Assembly: GCF_000981785.2 (NCBI RefSeq)
Contig: NZ_CP011304.1
Location: 2,340,001 to 2,372,000, forward strand
Source of the DNA: Microcystis aeruginosa NIES-2549
GTDB lineage: Bacteria; Cyanobacteriota; Cyanobacteriia; Cyanobacteriales; Microcystaceae
Length of the DNA: 32,000 bases
Direction: 5' to 3'
The translations under genes and the position numbers were made by a program. This document shows, piece by piece, positions 18,552 to 26,200 of the stretch (the first letter of the stretch is position 1; every line of letters begins with the position of its first letter). The notes under the pieces were generated by a model. The model saw only the letters and a list, made by a program, of their open reading frames with translations, ran no database searches and was not told the DNA's origin.

Positions 18552-18785
18552 AGTGGGGAGATTTTCAGAAAAACCCTTGACAAATGGCGAGACTTGCTTT
18601 ATACTTTATGTATAATGGGAATCCGTGCGCCCATATATATAGGGTTTTTCGGCGAAGATAAGAGAGAAAAAAATAGACTGAAAAATCGGGTTGGATGAAG
18701 AGGGAAATTTTCTCTCCCCGACAAGCATTAAACAAAGCATTTCTGAGAGTCAAACCGAATCTTTGTCAGGTAGAGAAGTTTCAAG
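18552..18785 (+). repeat. Type IIG 5' module, copy A (promoter + leader + first ~28 codons)
   Basis: Aligns by eye with 21184-21375, 22584-22843 and 23012-23260. It is the most diverged copy. Confidence 0.9.
18577..18605 (+). promoter_or_regulatory. Predicted sigma70-type promoter: TTGACA - 17 nt - TATACT
   Basis: -35 TTGACA at 18577-18582 and -10 TATACT at 18600-18605, with exact 17-nt spacing. The same architecture is conserved in the three other module copies. Confidence 0.5.
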
Positions 18786-18895
18786 TATTCTTAGATACAA
18801 AAACGATGATCGGGGAGTTCAATATATCGGAAAATGGGAGAGATAACCCAAAAAAATTATCGTTAAATCATGTTAAGTCCCGTAGAAACGATTAA
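18695..18895 (+). pseudogene. Stub of a type IIG R-M gene N-terminus (MKREIFSPRQALNKAFLRVKPNLCQVEKFQ...) running into unrelated sequence
   Basis: The first ~30 codons are homologous to codons 1-30 of the 23162-26884 gene. The rest is unrelated, and the ORF ends 26 nt inside the next gene. Confidence 0.55.
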
Positions 18896-19250
18896 AATTC
18901 TCGAAAATCATCCCGATCGCACTTTTCCAGCTGGTGAAGTTATTTTTGCCGATGGCACGGAGGGCGAGTTAATGTACGGTATTCTTAGTGGAGAAGTGGA
19001 GATGTATGTCAAGGGACAATTGATAGAAACTCTAGAAAAAGGGGATGTATTCGGAGCAGGAGCGCTCCTGCACCCAGATAAACTGCGAGAATCCACAGCT
19101 ATCGCCAAAACTGATTGTAAATTAGCCTATATCAATCAACCGCAGTTTTTATTTGCCGTGCAGGAAACCCCCATGTTTGCGCTGGAAGTGTTAAGAAGTT
19201 ATTCCGATCGCTTTCGCAAGTTAAAAAAAATCTTCACCAGTGAAGCATAG
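18870..19250 (+). CDS. Cyclic nucleotide-binding domain protein
   Basis: 126-aa ORF with a cNMP-binding beta-barrel pattern (GDVFGAGALL...RESTAIAKTDCKLAYI). Confidence 0.75.
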   Translation: MLSPVETIKILENHPDRTFPAGEVIFADGTEGELMYGILSGEVEMYVKGQLIETLEKGDVFGAGALLHPDKLRESTAIAKTDCKLAYINQPQFLFAVQETPMFALEVLRSYSDRFRKLKKIFTSEA

Positions 19251-19279
19251 AGGAGCAAAAGAAAGCCATACCCCGAAAA

Positions 19280-20257
19280 CTATTGACCGAAAATCTCACC
19301 GATAGTTAAACGGGAACCATTGACCAAATCCCCACCAGAACGCGGTGATTTTCCCGATAATTGCACTTCTTTCAATAATAATAAACCCGCTCCTGTCTGC
19401 ACTACTGGCCCGAAATTTTTCCAGAGCGCCACGATCGATCCCACTTCTCCGCTTAGATCAGAAAGGTCTTTTGTCTGTAATTCTGGAGGAAGTTGACCGA
19501 GATCGTCTAGGGGAATAGTGGCCATCACTTTTAGGGGTTGTCCCCGGAAAGTGGTTAGCGCATTCGGATAAAAACCCCGGACTCGATCGTGAATTGTCCG
19601 GCCCGAATCTTGCCAGTGGATTAGATAGTCAGATTTTTGAATTAAAGGGGCATAGGTGGCATCGTCGTTATTTTGAGGAATTGGGGTAATTTCTGCTCGA
19701 TCGAGCTTAGAGAGGGTTTCTAGGAGCAAATCCGCCCCCATTTGGCCTAGGGTTGCTCCCACCTGTTCGGCATTGTCAAAAAGAGCGATCGGGCTGTAGG
19801 CTTTCAGTAACATCGATCCGGTGTCTAGGCCCGCATCCATTAACATGGTGGTAATGCCGGTTTCTTTTTCTCCCCTAGCGATGCACCACTGCACGGGGGC
19901 TGCTCCCCGATATTTGGGTAAAATTGAGCCATGAACGTTAATACAGCCTAATCGCGGCATCTCTAGAATTTCTGGGGAGAGAATTTGTCCGTAGGCAACG
20001 ACTACAAAGGCATCCGCTCGCGATTGTCTGAGAAAATTTAAGGTTTTAGCGTTTTTTTTCACACTTTTGGGCTGCAAAACCGGTATTTGCTGTTCTATGG
20101 CTATTTGTTTCACCGGTGAGGGGGTTAATTGATTACCCCTTCCCCGGCGCTTGTCCGGTTGGGTAACGACGGCAATTATTTCTATATCGGGATTGGCTAA
20201 TAATTTTTTTAGGGTGGGAACAGCAAAAGTCGGGGTTCCGAAAAAAACAATACGCAT
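19280..20257 (-). CDS. fmt: Methionyl-tRNA formyltransferase
   Basis: [20 protein letters not shown] and the hallmark [18 protein letters not shown]; 325 aa. Confidence 0.92.
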   Translation of the reverse strand: MRIVFFGTPTFAVPTLKKLLANPDIEIIAVVTQPDKRRGRGNQLTPSPVKQIAIEQQIPVLQPKSVKKNAKTLNFLRQSRADAFVVVAYGQILSPEILEMPRLGCINVHGSILPKYRGAAPVQWCIARGEKETGITTMLMDAGLDTGSMLLKAYSPIALFDNAEQVGATLGQMGADLLLETLSKLDRAEITPIPQNNDDATYAPLIQKSDYLIHWQDSGRTIHDRVRGFYPNALTTFRGQPLKVMATIPLDDLGQLPPELQTKDLSDLSGEVGSIVALWKNFGPVVQTGAGLLLLKEVQLSGKSPRSGGDLVNGSRLTIGEIFGQ

Positions 20258-20299
20258 GGGAGAAGGGGGTATTTTTCAGTTATCAGTGTGCAGTAATCA

Positions 20300-21094
20300 T
20301 TAACGACTAACTATGCCAGACCATTGGATTTTTTTGGCTTTTTCCCGACGATAGGAGAAAAAATGATCTTCTTGTTGATAGGTACAAAAAGGAGCGATCG
20401 CGATTTGTTCATCCCTAATTCCTAACTGTTGTAGTTGATGATAAATCACCCGTCGCACGTCTAAGCGCACTTTTCCTTTTTCCTCGTCAGCAAATAAGGG
20501 GGAAGGGGAGAGGTTAAATAAATTCGCCAGAATTTGCTCGGGATTGGTTTCTTGGGGAAATAAACTTAAACCCACTTCTGCGGCAACTTCTCCATCTACT
20601 TGATACACTTCTCCGGCAATTGCTGGCCCCAGGGCCAAGACTAAGTTATCTAAACAACTACCGGAGTTTAATAACTGCTTAACTGCTTTGACAACTATTC
20701 CCTTAGCTGTCCCTCTCCATCCAGAATGAATCGCCACCCCAACACCGCTAGAGCGATCGCCTATTAGTACGGGCGTACAATCAGCACTGGCTACCCAAAT
20801 CCCTTGACCGGAAGCATCGGTGATAATTCCATCCGCTTCGGCTATTTCTGGGTTAGTAATCCCTTGGGGATTTAATAGGCGATCGCCATGTACCTGTTTG
20901 ACCCGATAAACTGGTACATTTGCCCCTAAAGCGTCCGTAAAAGCTTCCGGGGTTTGGGGGTAATAATGACGGGTAAAAAAGCCGTGGGACCAATCCTCTA
21001 GGAGATTACAGGTAAGATAGGGCAATCCTTGCCATGTTTGCCATTGCCACAGAGAAGTCTCGGTTAATCGGACATTGATCGCTACATTGGTCAC
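20300..21094 (-). CDS. pgeF: Peptidoglycan editing factor PgeF (YfiH/DUF152, laccase-domain family)
   Basis: 264-aa ORF with a KQVHG motif, the conserved AIHSGWRGT motif and a C-terminal CTY..EDHFFSYRR. Confidence 0.85.
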   Translation of the reverse strand: MTNVAINVRLTETSLWQWQTWQGLPYLTCNLLEDWSHGFFTRHYYPQTPEAFTDALGANVPVYRVKQVHGDRLLNPQGITNPEIAEADGIITDASGQGIWVASADCTPVLIGDRSSGVGVAIHSGWRGTAKGIVVKAVKQLLNSGSCLDNLVLALGPAIAGEVYQVDGEVAAEVGLSLFPQETNPEQILANLFNLSPSPLFADEEKGKVRLDVRRVIYHQLQQLGIRDEQIAIAPFCTYQQEDHFFSYRREKAKKIQWSGIVSR

Positions 21095-21183
21095 AGTCTA
21101 AGCCTCTCTGGCTGCAATAATACCTTATTCTCTCCTATCCTAGTTCTGAGCTTGGCTAAAAGGCAACCGGAAGATTATTACTT

Positions 21184-21375
21184 AAAACCCTTGACAAATG
21201 GCGAGATTTGCTTTAGACTTTTTATATAATGGGAATCCGTGCGCCCATATATATATAGTTTTTGGGCAAAGATAAGAGAGAAAAAAATAGACTCCAAAAC
21301 CGGGTTGAGTAGGAATGAGGATAAAGGTGTGAAGACGGAAAATTTCTCTCCCGGACAAGCATTAAACAAAGCATT
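21184..21375 (+). repeat. Type IIG 5' module, copy B (promoter + leader + first ~15 codons, GTG in place of ATG)
   Basis: Aligns with copies C and D up to ...ATTAAACAAAGCATT (21375), then diverges. Confidence 0.9.
21191..21219 (+). promoter_or_regulatory. Predicted sigma70-type promoter: TTGACA - 17 nt - TAGACT
   Basis: -35 at 21191-21196, -10 at 21214-21219. Confidence 0.45.
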
Positions 21376-21415
21376 ATTCGAGATTCGCGACAGATTGAGG
21401 AAAGGGCAGATTTAA
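21329..21415 (+). pseudogene. Stub of a type IIG N-terminus (VKTENFSPGQALNKA...) fused to unrelated residues, 28 codons
   Basis: GTG replaces the ATG of the other copies. Homology stops after codon ~15, and a stop follows at 21413-21415. Confidence 0.5.
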
Positions 21416-21486
21416 TTTTAATGTTATGTGGGGATGAATATTATCCAAATACCTCTAATCAGGGGATTATGGCAATTATCGAGGAT

Positions 21487-21573
21487 TTATAGTTCTCCTT
21501 TGAAGGTTTTTTCTCTGAGTTGTTTCACCTCGTTGATTTTGCCTTGTAGGTTATCAAGATAAGTGAAGATTTC
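21487..21573 (-). pseudogene. Relic of a type I restriction specificity subunit (HsdS) C-terminus
   Basis: My minus-strand translation is EIFTYLDNLQGKINEVKQLREKTFKGEL followed by a stop. The I..YLD.LQ.KI...K.L...FKGEL ending is the conserved C-terminal helix of HsdS proteins. The frame is closed by an upstream stop at 21574-21576, so only ~28 codons remain. Confidence 0.4.
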
Positions 21574-21592
21574 TTATTCTAAATCCCCACTT

Positions 21593-22012
21593 TCACTCAT
21601 ATTCACCCTCACCTATAAACAAATCATAAAACAAAGAAACCGAAATAATAACCGTTTGTTCTAATTCTATCATCTCCTCAAAATCCCGATCACCAGTAAT
21701 CAAAAAATCCGCCTCACTAACCCTTGCTAAAGCGATAAACTTAGCATCTTTGGCATCTCTGGCAAAATCTACAGTAACATTAACTTCTATTACTTTAGGA
21801 ATCGTTTCAATTTTATCAAGCCATTCCTGTCTTACTTCATCAGTTAACTTTAATTTCCGTCTATTTAAAACTTCTCGATATTCGGTTAAAATTTCCTGAG
21901 AAACTATCCAATCAATATCAGAATGGTCACTAATAAATTGAACAATCTCTCTCGGTTTTCTTCCTTTTAAAACTGCAGAAACAAGAATGTTAGTATCAAC
22001 AATAACCTTCAT
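21593..22012 (-). CDS. PIN-domain toxin (putative toxin-antitoxin system toxin component, PIN family)
   Basis: 139-aa ORF. MKVIVDTNILVSAVL supplies the first acidic residue, followed by ...SQEILTEYREVL...DAKFIALARVSEADFLITGDRDF. It overlaps the upstream gene by 4 nt (ATGA). Confidence 0.85.
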   Translation of the reverse strand: MKVIVDTNILVSAVLKGRKPREIVQFISDHSDIDWIVSQEILTEYREVLNRRKLKLTDEVRQEWLDKIETIPKVIEVNVTVDFARDAKDAKFIALARVSEADFLITGDRDFEEMIELEQTVIISVSLFYDLFIGEGEYE

Positions 22013-22386
22013 TCTCCTCTCCGATAAGCTTCAATTTCGGCGGCTATTTCTTCTTCTGTAATATCTTGAATACCCGGAATTGCTTGAGTTTTATTAAATA
22101 AATTCCTTAATTCCTGACTTAACCTTACTCTTTCAGGATCAATCGGTTTGTCCTTATTTTGTTCCCGTTCTTTTCGATACTTCCTAATCTTTTCTTTTAA
22201 TAAGGCTTTTGCGGATTCTCTCCCTTTAACATAATCGGGTAATATAATTTCATCCTCCTGTTCTTCTAATAGCTGAAACGCTTTAGAGATAACCTCTTGA
22301 GGGGTATTATATTTACCAGTTTTCAGTTGTCTTTCTAAAAACTGTTCCTGTTCAGGGGTTAACGTAATTTGTATCATAATTACCAA
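22009..22386 (-). CDS. ParD/RHH-like antitoxin partnered with the PIN toxin
   Basis: The N-terminus ITLTPEQEQFLERQLKTGKYNTPQEVISKAFQLLEEQE matches the ParD-type pattern (...G.Y.s.sEvvr.al.lLee.e). Its stop overlaps the toxin start. The start could be Met1 or Met4. Confidence 0.7.
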   Translation of the reverse strand: MVIMIQITLTPEQEQFLERQLKTGKYNTPQEVISKAFQLLEEQEDEIILPDYVKGRESAKALLKEKIRKYRKEREQNKDKPIDPERVRLSQELRNLFNKTQAIPGIQDITEEEIAAEIEAYRRGE

Positions 22387-22608
22387 ATAGTTTGAAGATT
22401 AGATAAAGCTTGAATATAGCAGAAACCTTAATCTGACCCTGATGCCTAACAACATTTTCTTTATCCTGATTTAAAACCCCCTTAATCTCAGCCATCAACC
22501 CCCTGATTCTTGCATCCTTTTTCATAATAGCACTCAGCAACTGTTCGGGGGGTAAATGTTCAAAATCTTCCAGGAACTGGGGAAGTGGGGAAATTTTCAG
22601 AAAAACCC

Positions 22609-22637
22609 TTGACAAATGGCGAGACTTGCTTTAGACT
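22609..22637 (+). promoter_or_regulatory. Predicted sigma70-type promoter: TTGACA - 17 nt - TAGACT
   Basis: -35 at 22609-22614, -10 at 22632-22637. Confidence 0.45.
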
Positions 22638-22745
22638 TTTTAGATAATGGGAATCCGTGCGCAAATATATATATAGTTTTTGAGCGAAGATAAGAGAGAA
22701 AAAAATAGACCCCAAAATCGGGTTGAGCAGGAAGAGGATAAAGGT

Positions 22746-22883
22746 ATGAAGACAGAAAATTTCTCTCCCCGACAAGCATTAAACAAAGCATTTCTGAGAG
22801 TCAAACCGAGTCGTAGTCAGGTAGAGAAGTTTCAAACCCACCTGACTGGAAAGAGGGTGTGGGGTGTAGGGTGTGGGGTGTAG
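22746..22883 (+). pseudogene. Truncated type IIG N-terminus (MKTENFSPRQALNKAFLRVKPSRSQVEKFQTHL then frame lost in an insertion)
   Basis: The first 33 codons are identical in protein to the full gene at 23162. The ORF then reads into the G-rich insertion and stops at 22883. Confidence 0.65.
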
Positions 22884-22937
22884 GGAAGGAAACCTCTTTC
22901 ATCTGTGGGGGTGAAAATTTTTTCATCGGGACTAACT
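22844..22937. repeat. 94-bp insertion carrying a (GGGTGT/GGGGTGTA) repeat with G-quadruplex potential, bracketed by an 8-bp inverted repeat
   Basis: G-runs at 22855-57, 22861-64, 22869-71, 22875-78 and 22883-85. GAAAGAGG (22849-22856) pairs with CCTCTTTC (22893-22900). The segment is absent from copy D at the equivalent position. Confidence 0.7.
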
Positions 22938-23011
22938 ACAATTCTTAGGGAGTATAAACGAGACAGAATCCAAAGCTGACTGCTGATGGATATAAAATCG
23001 GCTCGATTTTT

Positions 23012-23260
23012 TTCTAAAAACCCTTGACAAATGACGAGACTTGCTTTAGACTTTTTAGATAATGGGAATCCGTGCGCAAATATATATATAGTTTTTGAGC
23101 AAAGATAAGAGAGAAAAAAATAGACTCCAAAATCGGGTTGAGTAGGAATAGGGATAAAGGTATGAAGACAGAAAATTTCTCTCCCCGACAAGCATTAAAC
23201 AAAGCATTTCTGAGAGTCAAACCGAGTCGTAGTCAGGTGGAGAAGTTTCAAACCCACCTA
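23012..23260 (+). repeat. Type IIG 5' module, copy D (the functional 5' end of the full-length gene)
   Basis: Reference copy for the alignment of A, B and C. Confidence 0.9.
23024..23052 (+). promoter_or_regulatory. Predicted promoter of the type IIG gene: TTGACA - 17 nt - TAGACT
   Basis: -35 at 23024-23029 and -10 at 23047-23052, about 110 nt upstream of the ATG at 23162. Confidence 0.55.
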
Positions 23261-26200
23261 GAACAACTTTTGGGGAGTATAAACGAGACAGAATCCGAGG
23301 AGTTCCATAAAAACCTGCTTGCAGACTTTCTCAAACACAGCTACTATAGTCCCCAACATTTCATCAACACCAAGGGAAGGAATGATTTAGTCATCCATAA
23401 TGGGAAAGAATCGCGGGATTCCGTGGGGGTAATACTGGAAGTCAAGAAACCCAGCAATAAAAGCGAGATGCTGCGGAGAGACAAACTCAACTGTAAAGCA
23501 TTACAGGAATTACTCCTCTACTTCCTACGGGAAAGAATAACCGAGAAAAACCTAGAGATAAAACACCTGATTGCTACCAATATATATGAGTGGTTTATCT
23601 TCGATGGGAATATCTTCGAGAGACTATTCGCACAAAATCAGGAACTTGTCAGACAGTTTAATGACTTTGAGACGGGGAGACTAACGGGAAAAACCACCGA
23701 CTTCTTCTACAAACAGATAGGGGAACCCTTCCTGAACTCCATACTCGATTCCCTGACATACACCCATTTTGACTTGCGGGAATACTCCCAAACCATCCGG
23801 GAAGACGAACATAACCTTATCAGTCTCTATAAAATCTTTTCTCCCGAACACCTCTTAAAACTCCCCTTTGCGAACGATAGCAACAGTCTCGACAAAAACT
23901 TTTATAGTGAACTGCTGCATATCATCGGATTGACAGAGATAAAAGAGGGAGGAAAAAAACTCATCCAACGTCTGCAACCGGCAGCGCGACAACCCGGTTC
24001 GCTGCTAGAGAACGCTATCAGTCAAGTGGAGAGTTTAGATAAAATCTCTCGTTTACCCAATCCCGAAGAATTTGGGGAGACGGAAGAGGAGAGACTATTG
24101 AATATCGGTTTAGAGTTGGGGATAACCTGGATAAATAGAATCCTCTTCCTCAAACTATTAGAAGCGCAGATAATTAGGTATCATCGGGGGGATAAATCCC
24201 TAGGGTTTCTCAATTTAGGCAAAATTGCCAACTATGACGACTTAAATCGCTTATTTTTCAGCGTTTTGGCCAAAAAACAGACAGAAAGAAGCAAAGACAT
24301 CCAGAATACCCATACTCAGGTTCCCTATCTCAACAGTTCCCTATTTGAACCGACAGACTTAGAACAGTCAACCATAGTCATCAGTAACCTGCGTTCGGAG
24401 AATATAGAGATTTTTGCAGGAACAGTCTTAAAGGATAGTCAGGGGAAAAAGCGAACAGGAGAAATCAACGCTTTAGCATACCTATTTGAGTTTCTCAATG
24501 CCTACGATTTTAGCAGCGAAGGTGGGGAAGCGATACAGGAGGATAATAAGACTCTTATCAATGCGTCAGTGTTGGGATTAATCTTCGAGAAAATCAACGG
24601 ATATAAGGATGGTTCCTTTTTCACCCCCGGTTTCATCACTATGTATATGTGTCGGGAAACGATTCGACGCGCAGTAATAGAGAAATTTAACCAGAGTCAG
24701 GGATGGGATTGTCAGACAATCGAGGATGTGTATAACCGCATCAAAGACAAAACGGCAGCCAATGCTATTATCAATAGTCTCAAAATTTGTGATCCTGCGG
24801 TGGGTTCGGGACATTTTCTTGTTTCTGCTTTGAACGAGATAATCGCGATTAAGAGTGAGTTACAGATTTTATTGGATAAAGAGGGTAAAACTCTCAGGGA
24901 TTATCGGGTTGAGGTGGTGAACGATGAGTTAATCGTCACCGATGATGACGGTAATCTGTTTGAATATAATCCCCGCAACCGAGAAAGTCAGCGAGTACAG
25001 GAGACTTTATTTCAGGAAAAACAGCGTCTGATTGAGGGGTGTCTCTTTGGAGTTGATATCAATCCCAACTCGGTGAAAATCTGTCGGTTGCGTTTATGGA
25101 TTGAGTTACTCAAGAATGCTTACTACAAAGCAGATAACGAGTTAGAGACGTTACCGAATATCGATATTAATATCAAGGTTGGCAATTCTCTGATTAGTCG
25201 CTTTGGGTTATCCAATGATTTACAAGTCTTTTCCCGCAAAAGTCGTTTAAGTATCGAGAGTTATAAGGATGCGGTGAGAGTCTATCGCAACGCGGAGGAT
25301 AAGTCGCAAAAGCGTGAGATGGAGAGATTGATAAGCGAGATTAAGAGTAGTTTTCGTCAGACTTTACAGTTAGATGAACCTCTGAAAAAGCGCTTGCGGG
25401 GTTTGGAAACGGATTTATATAGTCTAGAGAATCAAATTTTGTTATTTGAGGAGTCACCCAAGGAAAAGAAAGCGCGGGAAAGGAAGATTATTCAGTTAAG
25501 GAATGAGATTGATAAGTTACGTCCGCAACTAGAGGAGATTGAAAGCGGTAAGATTTATCATAATGCTTTTGAATGGCGCTTCGAGTTCCCCGAAGTCCTA
25601 GATGATAAGGGGAATTTTATCGGTTTTGATGTCATTATAGGTAATCCTCCTTGGGGAGCAAAAATAGATAATAAACATCTAACCAAAATAAAAGAGAAAA
25701 ATTCCGATATTATCGTGAGAATGATAGATTCTTTCATGTTTTTTGTTAATTTGACATTCTCCATTAAATCGCAATATGGTCTTATCTGTCAAATTATCCC
25801 CGATGTTATTCTCTATCAAGTTGATAATGAAAAATTACGAGAGAAAATTTTTAAAACCCATCAATTAGAGATAGCTTTTAATCTGGGAGATAGAATTTTT
25901 GAAGATGTTGCTAGACCATGTTGTATTATACTTCTGACATCGAAATTTACTAATATATCTTGGGTGGGAGAATATCAAAAATCTTCTGATGATAGTGTTA
26001 ATAGTCTCAGTCACAATTTATTAATACCAATAGAGACATCTTTTTTTAAAACAATTCCTAATCAAGTCATTACTACTAAAAACCTAATTGGATACAAAAT
26101 TATCAATAGATATAATAAAATTAAACTTAGAGACTTAATAGATCAAGATGGAATTCAAAGAGGAGTCAGTCCTGATTTAAAAGAAGCTTTTATTGTTGAT

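Larger units (their letters stand above)
22584..22971 (+). repeat. Type IIG 5' module, copy C (promoter + leader + ~43 codons), interrupted by a 94-bp insertion
   Basis: 22584-22843 aligns almost perfectly with 23012-23254. Homology resumes at 22938-22971 (ACAATTCTTAGGGAGTATAAACGAGACAGAATCC versus ACAACTTTTGGGGAGTATAAACGAGACAGAATCC in the real gene). Confidence 0.9.

Noticed and set aside
21416-21486. Short + strand frame ending ...RQIEERADLILMLCGDEYYPNTSNQGIMAIIEDL stop, possibly the C-terminal remnant of another gene
   Set aside because: I cannot assign it to a family by eye, and it has no start codon context. It is mentioned only as further evidence of gene decay in the islet.
22352-22615. 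87-aa minus-strand ORF (…FEHLPPEQLLSAIMKKDARIRGLMAEIKGVLNQ…)
   Set aside because: Its start codon lies inside module copy C and its 3' end overlaps the ParD-like gene. The middle part could be a relic of some N-terminal leucine-zipper-like region, for example from a transposase, but I cannot support any family. It is left uncalled.
18565-23220. Family of similar 62-119-aa minus-strand ORFs (18565-18753, 21178-21369, 22560-22775, 22597-22791, 22832-23191, 23014-23220)
   Set aside because: Their similarity simply reflects the repeated DNA module. They run antisense through the promoter and leader, their frames and lengths differ between copies because of indels, and they have no sensible start context. 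The conservation is better explained by the + strand promoter/leader/N-terminus.
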